Positions 1 to 8,147 of a stretch of DNA of 64,000 bases are shown one piece after another. Numbering within the stretch: the first letter of the stretch is position 1; each line of letters starts with the position of its first letter. Made by a program: the position numbers and the translations under genes. The notes beneath the pieces were generated by a model that saw only the letters and a program-made list of their open reading frames with translations, did no database searches and was not told the DNA's origin. Source of the stretch: Anaerolineaceae bacterium (GTDB taxonomy: Bacteria; Chloroflexota; Anaerolineae; Anaerolineales; UBA11657); assembly GCA_003569365.1 (NCBI GenBank), contig BGOS01000009.1, forward strand, positions 6,580-70,579, written 5' to 3'.

Positions 1-2383
1 TGACCATCTCCGGCTCGAAGGCGTGCAGCTCGCCGCCGCGCTTGAACTTGTAGTAGCCGGGCGAAGGCATGGCCGGCTCTGTGCCAAATGCCAGCGCGTG
101 CCACGCCAGCGGAATGCGCGCCACATCGGCCAGCGTGCTGCCGCCCAGATGCGCGGGCGTGCCGCTAAAGTGCGTGTCCACGAGGTCCGCATGCAGGCCG
201 ATGCATTCAAAGATTTGTGCGCCGCAATATGCTTCGACTGTGCTGATGCCCATTTTGGACATGACTTTTAGCAGGCCTTTCTCGAGCGCTTTTATGTAGT
301 GCGCCGCTGCAAGCTCGGGCTGCTGCTTCACCAGTGTGGGCACGGCGGCCAAGGCAAGATACGGGCACACAGCACTCGCGCCATAGCCCACCAGCGCAGC
401 CGCATCATGCACGCTGCGCGGCTCGCCGCTGTCCACCACCAAACTTGTGCGGCCGCGCAGGCCGGCGCGAATAAGATGATGATGCACGGCGCCCAGCGCC
501 AGCAGCGCGGGCAGCAGGCTGTGCTGCGCGTCCACGCCGCGGTCGCTAAGAATCAACAACTGGCAGCCGCCGGCCACTGCCGTGTGCGCTGCGCTGCACA
601 GCGCGTCCAGCGCAGCCGGCAGCGCAGCGCTGCCACTGGCCACGGGCCACAGCGTGGAGAGCGTTTGCGCCGGCAAGTGCGGCTGGCTGCACAGCTGCTG
701 CAGCTGCGCATCATCCAGCAGCGGGCTGGGCAGCTGCAGGTGGCGCGTGTGCGCCGGCGTTTCGCACAGCGCATTGGCGCGCGCGCCCAGCCGCACCTGC
801 AAAGACATCACCAGCCCCTCGCGCAGCGGGTCAATTGGCGGATTGGTCACCTCGGCAAAGCGCTGCCGGAAATAATTGAAGAGCGGGCGCGGCTTGGCGC
901 TCATCACGGCGGGCGGCGTGTCGTCGCCCATGGAGCCCACCGGCTCGGCGCCTTCCTCCGCCATGGGGCGCAGGGTGAAGACCACATCATCATGTGTGTA
1001 ACCGAAGGCGAGCAGCTCCGTGGAAAGCGCTGCATGTGTGTTGGCAATGCTGCTGTTAGGGGCGGGCAGCTGCCAGTTGCACAGCCATTGGCCGTAGGGC
1101 TGGCGCGCTGCCAGCTGCGCTTTGATCTCGGCATCGCCCAACAGTTGGCCGCGCTGCGTATCCACGGCCAGCATCTGGCCCGGCCCCAGCTTGCCAAGGC
1201 ACGTCAGGCGCCCGGCATCCAGCGTCACCGCGCCAATTTCGGAGGCTGCATACACCAGGCCGTCGCGCGTGGCAGCGTAGCGCAGCGGGCGCAGGCCGTT
1301 GCGGTCCAGGGTGGCGCCCACTGTGCGCCCGTCACTGAACACAATTGCAGCCGGTCCGTCCCAGGGTTCCGCCAGGTGGGCATGGTAGGCATAGAAGTCG
1401 CGCACGGCGGGCGGCAGGTCGGGCAGCTTTTCCCACGCCATTGGCAGCAGCATGGAGAGCACATGCGGCAGGTCGCGCCCGGTCTGCCACAGCAGCTCGG
1501 CGTAGTTGTCCAGCATGGCAGAGTCGCTGCCGCTGGCATCAATCACCGGCTGCAGCGCAGCCGGCGTGAACCCGCCGCCAGCCTCCAGCTGTGCCGTGCG
1601 TGCCTGCACCCACGCCACATTGCCCTGAATGGTGTTGATCTCGCCGTTATGGCACAGCAGCCGGAAGGGCTGCGCGCGCTCCCAGGTGGGCAGCGTGTTG
1701 GTGCTGTAGCGCTGATGGAAGACAACCGACGAGACGGCGTATTGCGGATCCGCCAAGTCCAGATAGAAGCTGCCTACTTGCGGCGCGTGCAGCAAACCCT
1801 TGTATACAACCGTGCGCCCGGACATTGAAGCCACGTAGGCGGACCAGCCATGGGCGGCAGACTCGCGCTCAAATGCCTTGCGCGCCAGAAACAGGCGCTG
1901 CTCAAATTCCGCGGCTGCCAGATGCGCCGGCCGCACAATCAGCGCCTGGCGGATCAACGGGATGCGCGCCCGCGCCTGCGGGCCAAGCACATCCGGATTG
2001 ATGGGCGGCTTGCGCCACGCTGCCAGCGGCACGCCATGCGCTGCCAGCGCATGGCCAACGGCTGCCGCAGCCGGCTCCAGATGCGCCGGCCGAAAGAAGA
2101 ACATGCCGACCGCCATTCGCTCCGGCGCTGCCTGCTGCCCGGTGAGCTGCGCCAGCGCTGCGGAAAAGAAAGCGCCCGGTATTGGCGTGAGCACGCCGGC
2201 CCCGTCGCCGGTTTTATTGTCTGCGTCCAGCCCGCCGCGGTGCTGCAAGTTGACCAGCCCGGAAAGGCCCAGCTGCAAAATTTCCGCGGAAGCGCGCCCG
2301 TGCTGGTCTGCCACAAAGCCAACGCCACACGCGCCACGCTCAATCGCGTCTGCAACCGGCATTTTGAAGGCGGGAATTTTCAT
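1..2383 (-). CDS. gltB: glutamate synthase large subunit, N-terminal ~794 aa (3' part runs off the left edge)
   Basis: The minus-strand frame is open from ATG 2383 to base 1. It is missing from the ORF track because it is edge-truncated. My translation starts MKIPAFKMPVADAIERGACGVGFVADQHGRASAEIL (Ntn-amidotransferase Cys after a short propeptide). It ends ...PSPGYYKFKRGGELHAFEPEMV at the left edge, and both ends are in the same frame (2383-70 is divisible by 3). The + ORF 299..1828 is its antisense shadow. Confidence 0.9.
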   Translation of the reverse strand, partial: MKIPAFKMPVADAIERGACGVGFVADQHGRASAEILQLGLSGLVNLQHRGGLDADNKTGDGAGVLTPIPGAFFSAALAQLTGQQAAPERMAVGMFFFRPAHLEPAAAAVGHALAAHGVPLAAWRKPPINPDVLGPQARARIPLIRQALIVRPAHLAAAEFEQRLFLARKAFERESAAHGWSAYVASMSGRTVVYKGLLHAPQVGSFYLDLADPQYAVSSVVFHQRYSTNTLPTWERAQPFRLLCHNGEINTIQGNVAWVQARTAQLEAGGGFTPAALQPVIDASGSDSAMLDNYAELLWQTGRDLPHVLSMLLPMAWEKLPDLPPAVRDFYAYHAHLAEPWDGPAAIVFSDGRTVGATLDRNGLRPLRYAATRDGLVYAASEIGAVTLDAGRLTCLGKLGPGQMLAVDTQRGQLLGDAEIKAQLAARQPYGQWLCNWQLPAPNSSIANTHAALSTELLAFGYTHDDVVFTLRPMAEEGAEPVGSMGDDTPPAVMSAKPRPLFNYFRQRFAEVTNPPIDPLREGLVMSLQVRLGARANALCETPAHTRHLQLPSPLLDDAQLQQLCSQPHLPAQTLSTLWPVASGSAALPAALDALCSAAHTAVAGGCQLLILSDRGVDAQHSLLPALLALGAVHHHLIRAGLRGRTSLVVDSGEPRSVHDAAALVGYGASAVCPYLALAAVPTLVKQQPELAAAHYIKALEKGLLKVMSKMGISTVEAYCGAQIFECIGLHADLVDTHFSGTPAHLGGSTLADVARIPLAWHALAFGTEPAMPSPGYYKFKRGGELHAFEPEMV

Positions 2384-2673
2384 GGCGGTGGCTAAGCCCA
2401 CAGAATAGCACGATTCGACTGAATTTTGGGGCATTTGACGGCTCAGTTTTTGCGGGCTACGGCGGCGCCTGCATGGGCCTGCGTGCTGGCCAGCGCGGCT
2501 TGCAAATTAAGTGAGAATTTCGCCAGCCAGCAGCGCCGGGCCTTTAGCCGCGCAAACCTGTTGAAGCCGGAAGATTAAGTGCCGCGGGAAGTACGGCACC
2601 TGCTTTGTTGGCGGCGGGCACGCGGTGCCTTTCCGCAGCGCTGCGCACCACGCGCGGTGGCGCAAATTTATTT

Positions 2674-3843
2674 TTAGCGCCGGGCTGCGTTTTTTCGGCC
2701 AAGCACAAAATAAGTTTGCGTGGGGCCGATGCTCTTGACTTCGATTACTTCGCCGTCTTCCAGGTCAAACTCTGCGCGCAACAAATCTGCCGTACTGGCG
2801 CTGATGCGCACGCGGCCGCCCACACCGGAAGATTCCATGCGGCTGGCGATGTTCACCGTGTCCCCCCACACATCATAAGTAAACTTGCGGATGCCAATCA
2901 CACCGGCCACAATCGGCCCGCTGTTGATGCCCACGCGGATTTCAAAGTTGGTGCCTTGCGCCCGGTTGAGGTCCCGCACAGACTCCAGCATCTCCAGCCC
3001 CACATCCGCCACGGCCTGCGCGTGGTCTGCGCGGGCTTGCGGCACCCCGCCCACCAGCATGAAATTGTCGCCAATCGTCTTGATTTTTTCCAGCCCGCTG
3101 CGTTCCGTTATCAGGTCAAAGGCAGACATCATTTCATTTAGGAAGCTCACCAGGTCCGGCGCACTGGTTGTGCGCGAGAGTTTGGTGAACGCCACCAGAT
3201 CGGCGAACAGCACCGATACGCCATCGTGGGTGTCTGCAATCAGCTCCTCGCCCAGCTTCAGCCGGTCGGAAATAAACTTCGGCAAAATGTTGGCCAGCAG
3301 GCGTTCTGTTTTCTCCTGTTCGGCCAGCACCATTTCATGCTGGCTGCGCAGTTGCTGCATGCGCAGCTTGTCCAAGTCGCGCAGTTTCTTTTTTTCAATG
3401 GAGGTGGTGGCGCGCGCGCGCAGCAGAACGGGGCTGAAGGGCTTGGGCAGATAGTCCTCCGCCCCCAGCTCAATGCATTTGACCGCGTTGGCGATGTCTT
3501 CACCGCCGGAAATTACAATTACCGGCAGCCAGTTAATAGCGGCATCAGCGCGCATGGCGGCCAGCACTTCCATGCCGGTCATCTCGGGCATTTCCACGTC
3601 CAGCAGCATCAGGTCGAAAGTTTCGGCTTTGATGCGTTCGATTGCCGCGCGGCCATCGGCAGCTTCAAAAATATTCTGGAAACCAAGCTGCTTAAGCGAG
3701 CGCGTGATGCCCATGCGCATCATTTTGCTGTCGTCGACCACCAGCACCCGCGCCGCAAAGATCAGCTCCGGGCTGGGTGCCTCGTCCACGGGCGCAGCGG
3801 ATGGCGCTGCCGTGGTTCCAAACAGAAGTGAACGCTCATTCAT
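2674..3843 (-). CDS. response-regulator receiver domain fused to a class III adenylate cyclase (REC-CHD)
   Basis: 389-aa ORF. REC domain: RVLVVDDSKMMRMGITRSLKQLGF...FDLMLLDVEMPEMTGMEVL. A coiled linker follows (KKKLRDLDKLRMQQLRSQHEMVLAEQEKTERLLANILP). Cyclase homology domain: VSVLFADLVAFTKLS, IKTIGDNFMLVGGVP, IRVGINSGPIVAGVIG, YDVWGDTVNIASRMES. Both metal Asp, the adenine-specifying Lys/Asp and the Asn/Arg are all visible in one chain. Confidence 0.9.
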   Translation of the reverse strand: MNERSLLFGTTAAPSAAPVDEAPSPELIFAARVLVVDDSKMMRMGITRSLKQLGFQNIFEAADGRAAIERIKAETFDLMLLDVEMPEMTGMEVLAAMRADAAINWLPVIVISGGEDIANAVKCIELGAEDYLPKPFSPVLLRARATTSIEKKKLRDLDKLRMQQLRSQHEMVLAEQEKTERLLANILPKFISDRLKLGEELIADTHDGVSVLFADLVAFTKLSRTTSAPDLVSFLNEMMSAFDLITERSGLEKIKTIGDNFMLVGGVPQARADHAQAVADVGLEMLESVRDLNRAQGTNFEIRVGINSGPIVAGVIGIRKFTYDVWGDTVNIASRMESSGVGGRVRISASTADLLRAEFDLEDGEVIEVKSIGPTQTYFVLGRKNAARR

Positions 3844-3900
3844 ATGGTGGCCCCCCAGGCTTGTAGCTGCCCGAACGGCAGCTTGTTTGCAGTTTGCGGG

Positions 3901-4962
3901 TTAGCGCGGCACGCCTTCCAGCGCTTTAATAATTGCGCCCGGCATTTGGCCCAGATGCACTATTTGGTCGACCACGCCCAGCTTGGCCGCGGCGCGCGGC
4001 ATGCCATAAACCACGCAGCTGTCCTCATGTTCCGCCAGGGTGCGGCCGCCGCCGCGCTTGATTGATTGCATCCCAACTGCACCGTCGCTGCCCATGCCCG
4101 TGAGCAAAATGCCCAGCGCGTGCGCCCCGGCGGCTTCCGCTCCGGAACGAAACAAAACATCCACCGACGGCCGGCAAAACTGAATGGGCGGCGACTGTGT
4201 GAGGCGCGTAGTATAACCGCCGAGGCGCTTCACGATCATCAAATGAAAGTCTCCGGGTGCAAAGAGGCAAACACCGGCCTGCAGGGGCTCGTTGTCTGCC
4301 GCCTCTCTAACCTCGTAATCGCAGCGTTGATTGATGCGTTCCGCCATCGCCTTTGAAAAATGGGCGGGGATGTGCTGCACAACTGCAATGGGTGGCAGCC
4401 CGGCCGGCAGGCTGGGCAGTAAAAAGCGCAAGGCCTCAACCCCGCCCGTCGAGGCGCCGATTAGAATCAACCGCAAATCCGGGCCTTTGGACGGGCTGGC
4501 CACCAAGCGCAAGCTGCTGTCCGCGAGGCCGGTTTTTACCGGTGCCAGCTGCGGCTGGCGCCGGGAGCGCGCCGCAGCTTTTACATGAAACGCAAGCCGC
4601 CCCGCCAGCGAACCAATGGAATAGCTGCCGTCCGGCTTGGCCAAAATATCGCAGGCGCCGGCTTCCATTGCGTCCAGCGCCATTTGCGAGCCTTGCTGCG
4701 TTAGCGCGCTGACAACCACCACCGGGATGGTTGATTTTTCCGCTTTGAGCTTGCGCAGATATGTGAGCCCGTCCATGCGCGGCATTTCCATGTCCAGCGT
4801 AAGCACATCTGGCCGGAGCTTGGGAATTTTTTCAATCGCAATCAGCGGATCGTTGGCCGTGCCCACCACCTCGATTTCCGGGTCCAGGTGAAGGGTGTCC
4901 GTGATCGCTTTGCGCACCAGCGCCGAGTCGTCGATTACCAATACCTTGATCTTGTCAGCCAT
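3901..4962 (-). CDS. cheB: chemotaxis response regulator protein-glutamate methylesterase
   Basis: 353 aa. N-terminal REC (KVLVIDDSALVRKAI...DVLTLDMEMPRMDG) plus a CheB methylesterase domain (LILIGASTGGVEAL, GILLTGMGSDGAVG, HEDSCVVYGMPRAA). Confidence 0.92.
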   Translation of the reverse strand: MADKIKVLVIDDSALVRKAITDTLHLDPEIEVVGTANDPLIAIEKIPKLRPDVLTLDMEMPRMDGLTYLRKLKAEKSTIPVVVVSALTQQGSQMALDAMEAGACDILAKPDGSYSIGSLAGRLAFHVKAAARSRRQPQLAPVKTGLADSSLRLVASPSKGPDLRLILIGASTGGVEALRFLLPSLPAGLPPIAVVQHIPAHFSKAMAERINQRCDYEVREAADNEPLQAGVCLFAPGDFHLMIVKRLGGYTTRLTQSPPIQFCRPSVDVLFRSGAEAAGAHALGILLTGMGSDGAVGMQSIKRGGGRTLAEHEDSCVVYGMPRAAAKLGVVDQIVHLGQMPGAIIKALEGVPR

Positions 4963-5014
4963 GGCACGCCTCTATGAATAAAGTGAAACAATCAGGGCGC
5001 GATCTCATCAGATT

Positions 5015-5854
5015 TTAATTTGCACGGCGAAAAATTCCGCCCCCGAGATTATCGAAAGGATGTTGAATTCCGTGCAGGCTATCCGAAATGCCGATCACCA
5101 GGTAGCCGCCCGGAATCAATGCATCGTAGAGCCGCTTAATCAGCTGTGCCTGTGATGGCGGATCAAAATAGATCAGCACATTGCGGCAAAAAATTATGTG
5201 CTGGGGCTGCGGTACCGGATAGGCAGCTTGAAAGAGATTGGCCTGGATAAATGTGACATTGGAACTCAAGGCGGCTTTGATCCGGCATTGGCCTTCATAG
5301 GGTCCGCTGCCCTTTTGAAAATAGCGCGCCATCAGGCCGGCATCCGGCAGCTTCACTTTTGCGGCAGCGTAAATTGCTGTGCGCGCGCTAGCCAAAACCC
5401 GCCGGGAAATATCCGTGCCGTAGATGTGCCAGTCGATCCGCCGCTGCCCGCGGTTAAATTCAGAAAGGCTAATGGCCAGCGAAAACGCCTCCTCTCCGGA
5501 GGACGCAGCCGCCGACCAGCAGCGCAAGCCGTTGCGCACCGCGGGCACATGCCGCAGCAAGCCCGGCAGCAGCTGCGCTGCCAGCGCATCAAAATGCGGC
5601 TGCTCGCGGAAGAAGTAAGTGTGGTTGGTGGCGATGAGATCGACCAGCACCTCGATCTCATCGCTGTTTTTGTGCGTGTGCAGGTAGTCGCAGTATTGGT
5701 CGAACGACTTTACCCCGACTGCCTTGGGCCGGTGCGCGAGCCGGCTTGACACCAGCTGCTGCTTGGTGGCCCCCAAATAAATCCGGCTGTTCTTATAAAC
5801 TACCTCGCTGATGTAGTCGTAAGCCGCCGGTGAAATTCCAAAATCAAGCGCCAA
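5015..5854 (-). CDS. cheR: chemotaxis protein methyltransferase
   Basis: 279 aa with a TTG start, 15 nt after the MCP stop. CheR N-terminal helical domain plus SAM-MTase motifs (LRCWSAAASSGEEAFSLAI, IFCRNVLIYFD). Confidence 0.9.
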   Translation of the reverse strand: MALDFGISPAAYDYISEVVYKNSRIYLGATKQQLVSSRLAHRPKAVGVKSFDQYCDYLHTHKNSDEIEVLVDLIATNHTYFFREQPHFDALAAQLLPGLLRHVPAVRNGLRCWSAAASSGEEAFSLAISLSEFNRGQRRIDWHIYGTDISRRVLASARTAIYAAAKVKLPDAGLMARYFQKGSGPYEGQCRIKAALSSNVTFIQANLFQAAYPVPQPQHIIFCRNVLIYFDPPSQAQLIKRLYDALIPGGYLVIGISDSLHGIQHPFDNLGGGIFRRAN

Positions 5855-5869
5855 GGGAACACGGGCGGC

Positions 5870-7438
5870 TTATTGGTCTTTAAAGTGCTTGTCTGCGTCG
5901 CCGGCCGCGAGTGCAAGCGCTTTGCGCGCGGGCTGCTGGTCCTTCAGCTGGCGCGGCGCCTGCCACTCTGCCTGTGGAGCGCTGCCAATGCGCGCGCGGC
6001 GCTTGGCCGGTGCCCCGGCGCCGGTAACACCGCGCAGTTCTTCTGCCAGGTTCATCTGCTCCTTTGCCTGTGCGCTCAGCTCTTCGGCTGCGCCCGCTGT
6101 GGTTTCGGCGTTGCCAGCATTGCGCGTGGAGACCTTGCCCATCTGTCCAATTGCCGCCGCAATTTGTTCGACGCCTTGCGACTGCTCCTTGGCTGCTTGT
6201 GCAATTTCGTTCACCAAGCCATCGGTCTGGTTTACTTTTTCTGCAATTGCCGCAAAGGACTCGCCCAGCTTTACCAGGCTTTGCGACCCGTTGCGGCTGT
6301 TCATGATGGCCGCTTCAATCTTCTCGGCGGTTTCATGCGCGGCCGCGCTGCTGCGCTGCGCCAGCGAGCGCACCTCGTCTGCCACCACGGCAAACCCGGC
6401 GCCCGCCTCGCCCGCGCGCGCTGCCTCGATGGCTGCGTTCAGCGCCAGAATATTTGTCTGGAATGCAATCTCATCAATGCTCTTCACAATTTTGGCCACT
6501 TCGGCGCTGGATTGCGCAATTGACTGCATAGCCGAAGTCATTTCACCCATGGTGACAGCCCCGCTCTGTGCAGCAGAGTGCGCCTCGCTTACCAGCGCTT
6601 TGGCCTTCACAGTGTTATTGGCTGTGCCATGCAGCATGCTGGACATTTGCTCAAGCGAGGAACTCGTTTCTTCGACGGCGGCAGCCGCCTCACTGGCGCC
6701 CTCTGCCAGCTGCTGGCTGGCCTGCGCCACCTGGTCGGCAGCTATGGCTGATTGCTCAGCACCGCTTGACAGGCTGTCGGTGATGCGATCCAGCGGGCCA
6801 AAGGTTAGCCGGGTCAAATACCAGACTGCACTGCCCGCAAGCAGCAGCATGACGCCTGCACCAGCGAGGGACCACAGCAGCGCCAGGCGGTCGACCTGTA
6901 TTGCTTCGGCCTCATTTGCTGCTGCCGTACGGAGCGCAACAGCTGCAACACGGTCGATAGCATCACGCTGCTCTGCATAAGCTTTACTTAACTCAGCATA
7001 ATATGTCGTTGCCTTGTCTGTGTCGCCTGCACGAATGGCCGGCAAAAAGTGCTGATTTAGATCATTGAAGAAGTCTTCAGCTGACGAGTGCACGTCACCC
7101 ACCATGAGTGCCTTGGCTTCCTCTTCGATGTGGGTGCTGGCTTCCCATACTGCATGCCGGTCTTCGTAATCGCTCTTGAGCTTCTCAAGTTTAGCTGTGG
7201 CAGCATCAATTTCGTCGGGCGCAATCATTAGCCGTGTCGCCGTTAGGTAGCTTTCAACAACATATTCTGGCGGCGGCAGAATGTCTGCAAGTAAATCTTT
7301 ATCTGCAACTATCCGCGTATAGAGGCCGCCGCCGATTTTGGCGTCCGCCAGCAAGAAATCGGTGAGGAGTGCCGTGATCACAACGGTGACCACCATGAGC
7401 GCCAGAATAATGTACCGTAAAGTCTTAGTGTTCAGCAT
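5870..7438 (-). CDS. methyl-accepting chemotaxis protein
   Basis: 522 aa. N-terminal TM, a ~170-aa helical extracytoplasmic region, a second TM, then the MCP signalling domain with the hairpin-tip consensus [43 protein letters not shown]. Confidence 0.9.
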   Translation of the reverse strand: MLNTKTLRYIILALMVVTVVITALLTDFLLADAKIGGGLYTRIVADKDLLADILPPPEYVVESYLTATRLMIAPDEIDAATAKLEKLKSDYEDRHAVWEASTHIEEEAKALMVGDVHSSAEDFFNDLNQHFLPAIRAGDTDKATTYYAELSKAYAEQRDAIDRVAAVALRTAAANEAEAIQVDRLALLWSLAGAGVMLLLAGSAVWYLTRLTFGPLDRITDSLSSGAEQSAIAADQVAQASQQLAEGASEAAAAVEETSSSLEQMSSMLHGTANNTVKAKALVSEAHSAAQSGAVTMGEMTSAMQSIAQSSAEVAKIVKSIDEIAFQTNILALNAAIEAARAGEAGAGFAVVADEVRSLAQRSSAAAHETAEKIEAAIMNSRNGSQSLVKLGESFAAIAEKVNQTDGLVNEIAQAAKEQSQGVEQIAAAIGQMGKVSTRNAGNAETTAGAAEELSAQAKEQMNLAEELRGVTGAGAPAKRRARIGSAPQAEWQAPRQLKDQQPARKALALAAGDADKHFKDQ

Positions 7439-7513
7439 TTCTTATCTCCTGTGTTTGCTAAAATGTTGCCCGTGTTCTGGGCGGGGTAAGCGGGCATCAG
7501 CTGCGGGCGCATG

Positions 7514-8023
7514 CTAGGCAGCCTCGCGGAAAACCTGCTGCAGGTCAATGTCGCCGTCCATTGTGAGCAGCTTGTCCAGGTCCAGCAATGTTTTGACTGT
7601 GCCCTTGGTTTTGGTCATGCCGGTGATGTAGCGCGTGTCCACCAGGCTGCCAAAGTCTGGAGTGGGCTCAATTTCCGCCTCTGTGTACTGCGAGACTTCC
7701 TCAACCATATCCACAATCATTCCCATCAGGTTGGCACTGCCGTCGCCGTTATCCAGCTGCACCACAATAATGCAGACGCGATCCCGGTCCGCAAACTCTG
7801 GCAGCCGGAAGCGCGCGCGCAGGTCCAGCACGGGCACAATTTTGCCGCGCAGGTTGATGACCCCCTGAATGTAAACCGGCATGCGCGGCACCGGTGTGAT
7901 CGGGCATAGGCGCATAATCTCGCGCACCTTCAGGATCGGCAGGCTGTAGTGCTCCGCGCCAAGCATGAAGGTCAGATATTTTCCGGGCTTGGGCCGGTTG
8001 TCCGTCTGGATTTGATTTGTCAT
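7514..8023 (-). CDS. cheW: chemotaxis coupling protein CheW
   Basis: 169 aa. CheW domain: YLTFMLGAEHYSLPILKVREI...VINLRGKIVPVLDLR...IIVVQL. Confidence 0.9.
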   Translation of the reverse strand: MTNQIQTDNRPKPGKYLTFMLGAEHYSLPILKVREIMRLCPITPVPRMPVYIQGVINLRGKIVPVLDLRARFRLPEFADRDRVCIIVVQLDNGDGSANLMGMIVDMVEEVSQYTEAEIEPTPDFGSLVDTRYITGMTKTKGTVKTLLDLDKLLTMDGDIDLQQVFREAA

Positions 8024-8147
8024 GCAAACACCTGTTAAATGGCGGGCGGGTTAAATGGGAACCCGGCGCGTGGCTGCGGTTTAAAGTTGAGCCGGATGTT
8101 GGTGGCAGGCCATTGGCGGCGCCGCCCGGCGGGCAAAGCGGCGCCTG

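Noticed and set aside
299-1828. 509-aa + strand ORF (plus 23..271, 582..875 and others) across the left end
   Set aside because: The composition is extremely R/Q/A/H-rich and no family motif is visible. It lies exactly antisense to a clean glutamate synthase reading frame, so it is a high-GC shadow ORF.
2579-2673. Hairpins gtgccg...cggcac and gcgcacc...ggtggcgc followed by aaatttattttt downstream of the cyclase gene
   Set aside because: The T-tract is on the + strand, where no gene ends. On the minus strand the hairpins lack a following U-run, so they are too ambiguous to call a terminator.
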